A stretch of 64,000 nucleotides of DNA from Octopus sinensis (lineage: Eukaryota), in the NCBI RefSeq assembly GCF_006345805.1, contig NC_043023.1:124001-188000 (forward strand). The letters are read 5' to 3'. The number at the start of each line of letters is the position of its first letter. Positions within the stretch are counted from its first letter, which is position 1. The notes under the pieces are model-generated. The model was not told where the DNA came from and did not search any database. It saw only the letters and a program-made list of their open reading frames with translations. Positions 37,170-48,534 of the stretch are shown here, in pieces. The position numbers and the translations under genes are program-made.

Positions 37170-37703
37170 GTAAGAGAGCAGGGAATGTCATCAAAGTGAC
37201 ACTGGGGTAACAATATTACTACCCATCAGATAAAGGTACGCCAGACACATGCATCACAACCATATATGCATGATATGGTGATCTCATATCAAAATAAACA
37301 GCACATGACCTTGCAGGTGGGGCCCAGTTAGAATTTTCTTCAGATCAAGTAGCCCATCTCACTCAAAAGGTCCCTGAATAAGGGCTGCTTAAGGATGGTG
37401 AACAAAACACCCATGTTTCCAGAGGTGAATTATTGGAACCCCAAAGAATTCCTCTCAACACATGGCTATGATGCTCCCCCACTACTTCTGCTCGTGATCA
37501 GAAATGCACATATCGTCAGCCACTAAGGGACATGGTCAACAGGTTATGGTCAAACAACTGACAAGCAAATCTGTGGTATTGAGCAGAATATTTGCTGTAA
37601 AACCCATCTTTTATACCAAAACAAAACAATGTACATGATAACACTTCCAGTCAGTTAAGATTAGAAGCCATGAGAGCCACTGTCTGGTACTGCATCAGGG
37701 CAT
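37170..37703. repeat. Unclassified, roughly 530-bp interspersed-repeat-like segment between TAT tracts
   Basis: GC-richer, noncoding, with sharp ends at TAT microsatellites; single copy in this window, so repeat status is inference. Confidence 0.4.
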
Positions 37704-37744
37704 TTATTATCATTATTATTATTATGATTATCATTTAAAAATAA

Positions 37745-37880
37745 AGTATGGTTCGTTGTCTTCTGCTGAACCAGAGTCATCCCTTGACCCTAGGGTCACA
37801 GCAGGTCCTCATCTCATGGAGAGTACACGGCGTAAAATGTGTGCGGAACCTAGCAACACTATTTTCTGAAGCTTTCCCAT
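37745..37880 (-). mobile_element. R4/Dong-type LINE, extreme 3' fragment
   Basis: Minus frame GKLQKIVLLGSAHILRRVLSM plus a short 3'UTR, flanked by TAT repeats. Confidence 0.65.
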
Positions 37881-38072
37881 TATTATTATTATCATCATCA
37901 TCATCATCATCATTATTATTATTATATTGTTTATTATTATTATATTGTTTTATTATTATTATTATATTGTTTATCATCATCATCATCATCATCATTATTA
38001 TTATATTGCTTTATTATTATTATTATTATTATTATATTGTTTATTATTATTATTATTATTATTATTATATTG

Positions 38073-38105
<33 letters not shown>
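37880..38105. repeat. (TAT)n/(CAT)n microsatellite
   Basis: Direct inspection. Confidence 0.98.
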
Positions 38106-38107
<2 letters not shown>

Positions 38108-38544
38108 GGCAGTGAGCTGGCAGAATCATTAGCACACCAGGAAAAATGTTTAGTGATGTTTCGTCTGTCTTTGCATTCGGAGTTCAAATGCCACCAGTGT
38201 CTTTTCAGGAGTGATAAATTAAGTACCAGTGAAACACTGGGGACAATGTAATCAAATAATCCCTTCCCCCAAAATTTCAGGCCTTGTGCCTATAGTAGAA
38301 AGGATTATTATTATCAGTAGTAGTAAAGCGGTGAGCCGGCAGAATCATAAGTACGCTGGACAAAAGGCTTAGCAGCATTTTGCTCGTCGCCACATTCTGA
38401 GTTCAAATTCCACCAAGGTCGACATTCCTTTTCATCCTTTTGGGGTCAATAAATTAAGTACCAGTGAAACACTGGGGTCGATGTAATCAACTAGTCCCCT
38501 CTCTACCAAATTTCATGCCTCGTGCCTTTAGTAGAAAGGATTGC

Positions 38545-38545
<1 letters not shown>
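38106..38545 (+). mobile_element. Two tandem SINE family B copies (38106-38310, 38325-38545)
   Basis: Two heads (aaggcagtgagctggcagaatc, aagcggtgagccggcagaatc); tails TAT and TAG. Confidence 0.9.
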
Positions 38546-38585
<40 letters not shown>

Positions 38586-39062
38586 AGCCTTGATTGCAAC
38601 CCAAGTCTTCATTCCCTCTTCCTGTTTCATTCATCTTGCTTTGTATGTTTTGGTTTCTCCATTTGCTTAAGTTGTTCCTCATGTTTTTGCCATTCACCTA
38701 CATATTTTCTGTTGGAGGTGATCCAAAATACTTTACAACAGCTCTGTTGCAATTTTCCTCTGTAAATTGTATTATTTGTAATTCATAAGCAATTGTAAGT
38801 CTGTTATTTTGTGGATAATGTTAATCTGAAAATGTGAAACTTGAATGACTCTTTAATCAACAACTGACGTTTGTGTCTATCCTTTAATGAAATATCATTG
38901 TGTAAGTTAGTTTTATTACGATAAAGAACACTGAAATTTGTTGGAGATTTTTGATAAAAAAATTTATTTTCATCATAAACAAAAAATGTTGTCATTACTA
39001 TGAATGACAAACACTAAGGTAGTTCGAAGCTTATTGTTCGTGGATTAGGTATGATAGTAGTA

Positions 39063-39574
39063 CCATAAATCCTCTTGTATAATCCGCATTTTTTTCCCGA
39101 TATTTAAAGGTCAAAATCCCTAGTGCGTACTATATACGAGGTTAAAAAGGAAAATTATTTTCTAAGCAATGTCCTAGTCTCTATTTGCTGTCCGGCAATG
39201 TTTATTCATACGCATTTTGTGATGTCGGGTGCGAAAATCCCTTAAGCTAAGCCTGAAAGCAATGAAGTCATAAAAGAATCGTCCATAACTTGCAGTAAGC
39301 AACATTTATTAAATGTTATTACTGTTATTTCTTTATTTTCTGCAAACAAAATGCACAAAAAAGCTACACGTTTGCATTATGTTATATATACAATAATAAT
39401 AAAGGACGTTACCGTATACATTTTTACAAACCAAGGACGTTATATAAACCTCCTTGACTCAAGTTAGAGAAGGGGTGCATACTATACACAAGGTTTAGCT
39501 TTTTCAGAAGTACAGCCCCCTAAAAATCCCCTGCGTATTATACTCAAGGGCAGACTATACTCGAGGATTTACGG
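39063..39574. mobile_element. pogo/Tigger-like MITE, 512 bp
   Basis: TA|CCATAAATCCTCTTGTATAATC ... GACTATACTCGAGGATTTACGG|TA imperfect TIRs; no ORF. Confidence 0.75.
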
Positions 39575-39814
39575 TAGTTGTCAAGATGTTGCTGCCGCTT
39601 TCATCCATTGTTTTTTTTATTTTGTGTGTTGTTACAGTACTCTGGTCAGCTGCTGCTTCTGCTACTGTCTTCTGTGTCCAGTCTGATGTCTGGAGGTAGT
39701 GGCTAAAATGCGCTGAATATATAGTGGTGGTCTGGCTAAAATCAGAAAAGAAAAGCACACCAAAGAAATTGTTGTTACATACAGTTCCACACAAAGTCTT
39801 GAATCTTCATATTT

Positions 39815-40176
39815 AATCTTTATCTTTTATTTGTTTGTGTCATTAGACTGCGGCCATGCTTGGGCACCATCTTGAAAGTTTTTTGATCGAATGTATCAAC
39901 CCCAGTACTTGTTTCTTATCCTACCAGTGGTTTGGTGCCAAAGTGCTAAGTCTCGGGGACATAAGCACACCAACACTGGTTGTCAAGAGGTGGGTGGGGG
40001 TTGACAAACACAAACACACACATACGATGGGCTTCTCTCAGTTACCATCAGCCAAATCACTTTGGTCTGCCTGAGTCTATAGTAGAAGACACTTATCCAA
40101 GGTGCCACGCAGTGGAACTGGACCTGGAACCATGTGGTTGAGAAGGCAAACTTCTTACCACACAGCCACACCTGAG
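39815..40176 (-). mobile_element. SINE family A
   Basis: Tail through head on the minus strand. Confidence 0.85.
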
Positions 40177-40255
40177 CCTAGGGTCAGATTTTTCAATGAT
40201 GTTGGTTATATTCTAGCAGATTGCAATTATATTCTTGAGTTGTTTTTTCTTTTAC

Positions 40256-40662
40256 GTGGCTGTATGGTAAGTAGCTTGCTTACCAACCACATGGTTCCGG
40301 GTTCAGTTCCACTGTGTGGCACCTTGGGCAAGTGTCTTCTGCTATAGCCTCGGGCCGACCAATGCCTTGTGAGTGGATTTGGTAGACGGAAACTGAAAGA
40401 AGCCCGTCGTATATATGTATATATATGTGTGTGTGTGTGTGTATGTGTTTGTGTGTCTGTGTTTGTCCCCCTAGCATTGATTGACAACCGGTGCTGGTGT
40501 GTTTACGTCCCCGTCACTTAGCGGTTCAGCAAAAGAGACCGATAGAATAAGCACTGGGCTTACAAAGAATAAGTCCCGGGGTCGATTTGCTCGACTAAAG
40601 GCGGTGCTCCAGCATGGCCACAGTCAAATGACTGAAACAAGTAAAAGAGTAAAGAGTAAAGA
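40256..40662 (+). mobile_element. SINE family A, full length, young
   Basis: Near-identical to 32269-32682 and 44308-44695. Confidence 0.93.
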
Positions 40663-41004
40663 GAGATACAGAGATCTCAGTTCAATTGTTAAATATTTCT
40701 TCTACAGTTTCATGAATGTATCCTATCTCAGTAATCACTGGCTTCAATCTGAGAATACATGGTAGGATTGCTGATGGATGTAGTATACAAACAAACCAGG
40801 AGTTTGTAAGAATAGTCAAATGATATCACTAGTCTCCTAACTGGCATTATTTTATATGTAGTGCTATTGATTTTACAATGGGATCTCTGCTCATTAGCAA
40901 AATTGTTGGTTACATGATTAATTGAAATACATATAAAAAGGGGTAACCCCTTCCATGCCACATCCTAAATCCACATAAAGGCATGAAATTATGTTTAATA
41001 TGTC

Positions 41005-43030
41005 AATGGCTGCTTATAAATGCCAAAACCTTCCCAGGTGAAGAATGTACCCTACAACATAGACTAGTCGTTAGCAACTTTAGGATCAGGGCTAAATGGA
41101 TGCCCAGAAGACGACCAACATGGAGGAGAAGGATCTGGAAGCTTGAAGATCCTGTGAATGGACAGAGATTTAGAGACGTATTAGTTGAAGCTTTTGACGA
41201 AATAGAGGGGGATATAGCATCACATGATGTGGATGACAATTGGAGGTTTCTACAGGACAACCTGCTGAGGGCCACTAACCAGATCTGTGGATGGTGCAAT
41301 CTCCCCTCTCGACCCAAGGTAACATGGTGGAGGAACAATGTTGTTGACAGGGCCATTAGGGAAAAGAAACAAGCTTGGAAGGACTGGAAGAATGGTGGTT
41401 GCAGGGAATTGCATCAGACTGCCAGAAGGGAAGTTAGGAGACAGGTTTATGTAGCCGAAGGGAAGCAGATACGAAAAAATTTGCCAATGTTCTGCGTCAT
41501 GAGGACCAAACACTTGAGTATTTCGTGTTGTCTTAGGAGAGAAATGTGTCTGCATGCATGATGGTTCACTTGCATTAAACGAGGCTGCAAAGAGAGAGGT
41601 TTGGAAATACCACTATGAAAGGTTGCTAAATAAAGAGAATGAATGGGAGAAAGAGTCTGCCGAATGCCGACCCAACAGAGGGACCAGCTATTTGAAGTGA
41701 CAGTACCTTGGTAGATAAAGCAATTATGGGTATGAAGACAGGGAAAGCCTCTGGCCTATCAGGAATCACTGCAGAGATGCTCAAAACATCTGGCAATGTC
41801 AGCTATAGCCTAGGCACCTGTATAGTCAACCAGGTGATACACAAAGGAGTCATACCCAATGCCTGGTGTAGCAGCATCATAGTCAATTGCTACAAAGGTA
41901 AAGGTGACACTTTAGATACAAATAATTACAGTTGTTGGATCAGTTGATGAAGATCACGGAGAGGGTCATAGCCCAACTAATTAGAGAGAGAGTTAGTCTA
42001 GATGAGATGCAGTTTGGGTTCATACCAGGGAAAAAGCACCACTGATGCTATATTTCTGGTAAGACAGCTGCAAGGTAAATACCTAGCCAAAGATAAACCT
42101 CTGTACCTGGCTTTTGTTGACATGGAGAAAGCCTTTGAAAGGGTTCACCGATCTCTTATCTGGTGGTCAATGAGAAAACTAGGGATAGATGAGTGGTTAG
42201 TGAGAGCTGTGCAAGTCATGTACAGGGATGCTGTCAGTAAGGTGAGGGTTGGCAACGAGTACAGTGAAGAATTCTGGGTAGGGGTAGGGGTCCACCAAGG
42301 ATGAGTCCTCAGCCTCCTCTTATTCATCATAGTCCTCCAGGAAATAACAGAGGAATTCAGGACAGGATGCCCCTGGGAGTTCCTTTGCTGATGACCCTAC
42401 TCTAATTGCTGAGTTGTTATTAGAACTAGAGGAAAAGTTTCAGGTGTTGAAGTAAGGATTAGAATCAAAGGGCCTTAGAGTAAACCTAGCTAAAACCAAA
42501 GTCTTAATAAATAGGAAGGCAGACAAACCACAAATCCCTTCAGGTAAATGGCCCTGCTCGATCTGTAGAAAAGGCGTAGGTAGAAACTCCATAAAATGTA
42601 CCCAGTGTAAGCTATGGACACACAAGAGGTGCAGCAATATGAAAGAAAGGCTAACTGGGAAGATTGTTTTTGTATGTGGCAAATGCTCAGGAACAATAAA
42701 CATTGAAAATGTGCAGAGAACAGCTTCTTTGACAATCCAGAGAGAAAAACTATTAGTAGTTGATAGCTTCCATTACCTAGGTGACCAAGTCAGTAGCGGG
42801 AGAGGGTGTGCTGAAAGTGTAACTGCTAGACTCATGCCGGTGCCACATAAAAGCACCCACTACATTCTCAGAGTGGTTGGCGTTAGGAAGGGCATCCAGG
42901 CGTAAAAAACTTTGCGAAATCAGATTGGAGCCTGGTGCAGCCTTCTGGCTCACCAGTCCTCAGTCAAACGATCCAACTCATACCAGCATGGAAATCAGAT
43001 GTTAAACGACAATGATGATGATGATGATCA
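41005..43030 (+). mobile_element. RTE LINE, degenerate, with an internal deletion joining RT directly to the 3'UTR near 42830
   Basis: QHRLVV, KVTWWRN, KSTTDAIFLVRQLQ, FVDMEKAFERV, GVHQG; junction ..ACTGCTAGA|CTCATGCCGGTGCCAC; ends GATGATGATGAT. Confidence 0.9.
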
Positions 43031-43342
43031 ATATGTGTGTGTGAGTTTTCCCCTTTGTCCATCCATGGTTATGTTTTTAGTCAAAAAGAAAAAAGAGGAA
43101 CATTTTTTTATATAAAATATGATTATTTGTACGAGAACTGCATACGTTTACAAACCATTTGTACATGCTCTCCCAATCACTTATATATGTACTCTACACC
43201 TGGTTTGTTGTTCAAATTTCAGCTTGTTAACCGAATGGTCTCTCACTTTCTTGTTCACATGTAGAGTCTATTTGTGGTTTATTGATCAAATTTCAGTATG
43301 TTATACGAGTTTAATTTTCTTCAGGAAAAAACATTTGCTATT

Positions 43343-43555
43343 CTTTTATTCTTTTACTTGTTTCAGTCATTTGACTGTGGCCATGCTGGAGCACTGCCTT
43401 TAGTCGAGTATATCAACCTCAGAGCTTCTTCTGTGTAAGCCTAGTACTTATTCTACCGATCTCTTTTGCCGAACCACTAAGTTACAGGAATGTAAACACA
43501 CCAGCACCGGTTGTCAAGTGATGTTGGGGTGACAAACACGGACACACAAACATAT

Positions 43556-43586
<31 letters not shown>

Positions 43587-43749
43587 CGACGGGCTTCTTC
43601 CAGTTTCCATCTACCAAATCCACTCACAAGGCTTTGGTCAGCCTGAGGCTATAGCAGAAGTCACTTGCCCAAGCTGCCACGCAGTGGGACTGAACCCATG
43701 ACCATGTGGCTGGTAAGCAAGTTACTTACCACACAGCCACTTCTGCGCC
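43343..43749 (-). mobile_element. SINE family A, full length
   Basis: Tail through head on the minus strand. Confidence 0.92.
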
Positions 43750-44307
43750 TATTCTACATCTTCTCGTTTAAAGGGTCATTGTATATGGGTACATCCCTGT
43801 ACATTGTTACCACAAAAAATACTAATAATTCTGAGAGGTAGTATCTATCTCCACTTAAACATTGATTTTCTGTTATAACAAATTCTACTGCATTAGTTAC
43901 CAGCCAATATGAAAGATTTTCTCACAGTAACTACCACAGCATACTTTGTTCTAACAAAAATCCACATTTAAGTGGGGATAAATATTACCACTTAGCATCA
44001 ACAGTGCCTCTGTCGCAAATAAATACTAATAACTCTGGAAACCGATTTATTTTCCAGACTACCTGTGTCAATACTTACCTATAACTATGACTTACAAGTT
44101 GCAGATTGATTTTCTGGAATGCTTTTTTTAGGTAAAAAAAACTTTTAAACAGTAATATGTGGTAGCTAGATTGAGCAACAAAGAAAGATTTATTGTCTGC
44201 TACCCAGACAAATGGTGCTGTACTAAAACTAAATTGAGTAGACTGATTCCAAATCTGAACTCAGAATTGCTATAGCACGTCAGGATTTTGAGTTATGCAC
44301 ATAAATA

Positions 44308-44695
44308 GGTGCAGGAGTGGCTGTGTGGTAAGTAGCTTGTTTACCAACCACATGGTTCCGAGTTCAGTCCCACTGTGTGGCACCTTGGGCAAGTGTCTTC
44401 TACTATAGCCTCGGGCCGACCAAAGCCTTGTGAGTGGATTTGGTAGATGGAAACTGAAAGAAGCCCGTCGTATATATATATATATGTGTGTGTGTGTTTG
44501 TGTGTCTGTGCTTGTCCCCCTAGCATTGCTTGACAACCGATGCTGGTGTGTTTATGTCCCCGTCACTTAGCGGTTCAGCAAAAGAGACCGATAGAATAAG
44601 TACTGGGCTTACAAAGAATAAGTCCCGAGGTCGAGTTGCTCGATTAAAGGCAGTGCTCCAGCATGGCCACAATCAAATGACTGAAACAAGTAAAA
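44308..44695 (+). mobile_element. SINE family A, full length (nested in the Chapaev-like element)
   Basis: Intact head and tail. Confidence 0.92.
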
Positions 44696-44797
44696 AAAAC
44701 ATTTTTTTAAAAAATACATATATATTAATACTATATTAGAATTAGTAATAGTTAAGTTCAGGATAAATAATTATTATAATAGTATATTAATACTGTG

Positions 44798-45135
44798 AAG
44801 GCGCATGGTTCAGTGGTTAGAGCGTCAAACTTACGATTGTGAAGTCGTGAGTTCGAATCCCTGACTGGGTTGTGTTGAGTTCTTGAGCAAGACACTTTAT
44901 TTCACGTTGCTCCAGTTCACTCAGCTGTAGAAATGAGTTGCAACATCACAAGTGCCAAGCTGTATCGGCCCTTGCCTTTCCTGTGGATATTGGATAACAC
45001 TGGTGGCGTGAAGGGGGGGGGCGGTATTCATGCGCAACTGCTGGTATTCCATAAAACAACCTTGCCCAGACTTGTGCCTGAGAGGGTAACTTTCTAGGTG
45101 CAAGCCCATGGTCAGTCATGACCGAAGGGGGTCTC
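44798..45135 (+). mobile_element. SINE family C, full length (nested)
   Basis: Head aaggcgcatggttcagtggttagagcg with B box gagttcgaatccc. Confidence 0.92.
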
Positions 45136-45189
45136 AGTACTGTATACATGTTCAAGGAAAATAGTATTATAATATAATGGTACACAGTA

Positions 45190-46849
45190 TATTTATGTTA
45201 AGGGAATACTCACTTTATTTTTTTATATGCTCAGAAATGTTTGAGACACTTGCTCTTGCGCTTATGCATCATGCTGGTCTCCTGTTGTTGGATCCAGCAG
45301 TAGTCACTCATCATGCATGGATTGAACCAACCTTGATACCTCATTTCCTTCTCAGATATGTCTTGGTGGAACCTCTCACCATGCTTATCACTAATGGCAC
45401 CAAAGATTTGTTGGAAAATCATCGAGATGAGAATACAAGAAGTGCATTTTAAGGAACACTTGGCATCCCATTCTTTCATACGCTGTTAGCATGTTGTTTA
45501 TTAAATCAACATAGTTTTCGACTCTATGATTTCCAAGAAAGTTCTGTTTAACTAATACAAATGAATCCCATGTTGTCAGCTGAATTGGATTCAGTTTACC
45601 TCTCAATTTGCTATCAGATATCAATTCTTTGATCTCAAGTCCAATGAAAATGCCTGCTTTCAGTTTTCTCTGAGCCAAATTTTACTTTTAGGTACTGGAA
45701 ACCACAACCATCATGTGTCATTGCTTTAACAAAGTTTTTCCTGAAGCCAAGTTTGTTGTGAAGGGGTGGAAGGAATACCTTTTTCAGGTCTACCAGTGGC
45801 ATATGCTGCACATTGTCCCTACTAACTATGCGTTCATCTCTTTTAGACCAGTCTTTTACAGTGTAATGATTGCTGTTGTTATGGCTGTTCCAAACACACA
45901 AGAAGCACATATTTTTGGTATATCCCAGCTGCAGTCCCAGGAGGAGGGAAATCACCACAAATATTCCACTTATGAACTGAGTAATTAACTCCTTTTAGAA
46001 TGAGTTCCATTGTTTCATAAGTTTCTTCCGTACCAACAACATGACCCACAGGAAGGAAAGGGTTTTCATTACCATTCTGTAACAACATAGCTTTGAAACT
46101 TGCTTGAGTCTATAAACATTCCCCATTTGTTAGCCACATGCACGTGTCCTAGTTTTTGCATGAGTGCATTAGCATCAGGACAGAAACAAGCATTATTTTC
46201 TTGCTTGAAAAAAATAGATAAGCCTTTATGGTAAGAGCGGAAGATAGAAATTTTCATATGTTGCTGTAGGAGATTCCGTTGTTGTAGTTTGGTCCCCCAA
46301 ACTTCTGCCCTCTCTTGCTAAATCATTCAAATCCTCTTGATGAAACTAGCCTGGCTCATTTTCCTTAGAATCAACCACATACTCTTTGTCGATAGGAGAG
46401 TCAGGAGGGTTCATTGTACAACATGTCAAGATTTTCAAGTGGAGCATGTGAGAGGGGAACTGGGACAGGGCTTTCGCAGTCATGTGGGACCAGTTTTAGG
46501 ACCAACTGACAATCTACATTTTTGCTTTGAACTTCTTTGAGAAACCACCAATATTAGTGATGCAAAAGTAACAATCAGAGACGTGATTGGTTGGTTCCCA
46601 CCATACCATTGGTACAGCAAAAGGCATTCTTTTCTGTTTTCCATTTAGCCCTGAGTAACACATAGTGCAGCATATATGAGGTGCCCACCTTTTGTCTTGG
46701 TCCCCAACTTTACACCTGAAATATTTATAGGCAGTTTTTAATTTTGTGGCAATGTTCTTCCGCTGGTCACATGGAGCAAATTTTCCACAGACATAACAAA
46801 AGTTGTCTGAGTGATTCACACAGCCTCTCCGATTCATGATCCAACACAA
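45190..46849 (-). pseudogene. Transposase (Chapaev3-like), fragmented
   Basis: CVNHSDNFCYVCG, GDQDKRWAPHICC, VPMVWWEP..HVSDCYFC, LQLGYTK.MCFLC, LPPLH.KLG..KNFVKA, KMHFLYSHLD, SDKHGERFHQDI..RYQG, MMSDYCW. Confidence 0.85.
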
Positions 46850-47014
46850 TGAACTCAGTTAAAACAGTAATCACGCAGAGCAAGAGATACAACTAACACA
46901 CAGGACGGCAGCCAAAACGACACTGAGAGTTACCAACAACAAACTGATGCATTTGGCATGGCACACAATACATCAGCGCCATCTATTGCTAAACTAAATA
47001 ATGAACTTTCTCAT

Positions 47015-47229
47015 CTCTCTCTTTTACTTGTTTCAGTCATTTGACTGCAGTCATGATGGAGCACTGCCTTTAATCGAGCAATTCGACCCTGGGACTTATT
47101 CTTTTGTGAGCCCAGTACTTATTCTATTGGTCTCTTTTTCTGAACCGCTAAGTAACAGGGACATAAACACACCAGCATCGGTTGTCAAGCAATGCTAGGG
47201 GGACAAACACAGACACACAAACACACACA

Positions 47230-47277
<48 letters not shown>

Positions 47278-47442
47278 TATGATGGGCTTCTTTCAGTTTC
47301 CATCTACCAAACCCACTCACAAGGCTTTGGTCGGCCCGGGGCTATAGTAGAAGACTCTTGCCCAAGGTGCCACGCAGTGGGACTGAACCCGGAACCATGT
47401 GGTTGGTAAACAAGCTACTTACCACACAGCCATTCCTGCACC
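47015..47442 (-). mobile_element. SINE family A, full length (nested)
   Basis: Tail through head on the minus strand. Confidence 0.92.
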
Positions 47443-47599
47443 TAGAGTTATAATCTTGTACATGCACATAACTCAAAATCCTGATGTGCTAGAAAAATTC
47501 TGAGAGCAGATTCAGAATCAGCATCCTCGATTTGGCCTAAAACACATGCTTTTATCCCAGCAGCAAAATCTTTGTTGTCCAGTGAATTGTTCCTGTTCA

Positions 47600-47830
47600 T
47601 GTTTATGGTCCTCAGTGTACTCAACCTGTTTTTCCATTGTTTGTTGATAACCGTTGGGTGGTTCTGAAAAATTCAGCCCCAAGAGTGGTCAGTGGTCTCT
47701 CCTGTCTTTGTCTCTCTGGTGTCTATCTCAGTGCTGTTTTGCATAATAATGGTATGATCTGGTTACTGCGGAACATCACCAGCCAAACGTAATCTTTGTT
47801 CCATTGCCATGTCTTGAAGTTCTCACAACA
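47600..47830 (-). mobile_element. RTE/RTE-X LINE C-terminal fragment
   Basis: Minus translation EQRLRLAGDV..PDHT and ERQRQERPLTT resemble RRLRxAGH..GRPxTT. Confidence 0.45.
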
Positions 47831-47871
47831 ATGTTCTTTAATGACATCATCATTTTTTTAATTATCAGGCT

Positions 47872-48256
47872 TGGCTGTGTGATAAGAAGCTTGCTTCCCA
47901 ACCACATGATTCTGGGTACAGTTCCACTGCATGACACCTTGGGCAAGTGTCTTCTAATATAGCCTCAGGCCGACCAAAGACTTGTGAGTAGATTTGGTAG
48001 ATGGGAACTGAAAGAAGCCCACTGTATGTATATATATGTGTGTGTAGTTTTGTGTCTGTGTTTGTCCCCTACCACTGCTTGATAACTGGCGTTGGTGTGT
48101 TGGTCCCTGTAATAGAGCGGTTGGGCAAAATAAACTGATAGAATAAGGACTAGGCTTAAAAATAAGTACTGGGGTCTATTCATTCAAATAACAAATTTTC
48201 AAGGCAGTACCCCTGCATGGCCACTATATAATGACTGAAACAAGTAAAAGATAAAA
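47872..48256 (+). mobile_element. SINE family A, full length
   Basis: Head tggctgtgtgataag through tail gactgaaacaagtaaaagata. Confidence 0.88.
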
Positions 48257-48534
48257 AAAACATATAAATTTCTCAGGCTTTTCCCTGAGTACCTTTGGTA
48301 AAAGATATCCAACGTTTTGGGAGCCATTTTATGCAGTTTTCTTCCATGTTTTGTCCTCTTTTGCCGAACTGCTAAGTTAGGAGATTTAAGCATAACAACA
48401 CTGGCTGGTTAGTGGTGATGGAGGACAAACACATACACACGATGGGCTTCTTCCAGTTTCCACCTACCAAATCCACTCAAATAGCTTTGGCCAACCCAAG
48501 GCTGTTATAGAAGACTTTACATAAGGTTCTACAC

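Larger units (their letters stand above)
44169..47584 (-). mobile_element. Chapaev3-like (CMC superfamily) DNA transposon with nested SINEs
   Basis: About 130-bp imperfect inverted ends (44169-44305 versus 47460-47584; right end ..CTTTGTTGTCCAGTG) and a transposase pseudogene inside. The superfamily name is from motif recall. Confidence 0.65.

Noticed and set aside
37748-38115. Poly-Tyr/Leu/Ile/His ORFs (also 1129-1326, 38503-38788, 57438-57728)
   Set aside because: Trinucleotide microsatellite translations.
39600-39745. Minus-strand candidate exon after ttttctgattttag
   Set aside because: There is an acceptor-like site, but the translations show no recognisable domain and no convincing donor.
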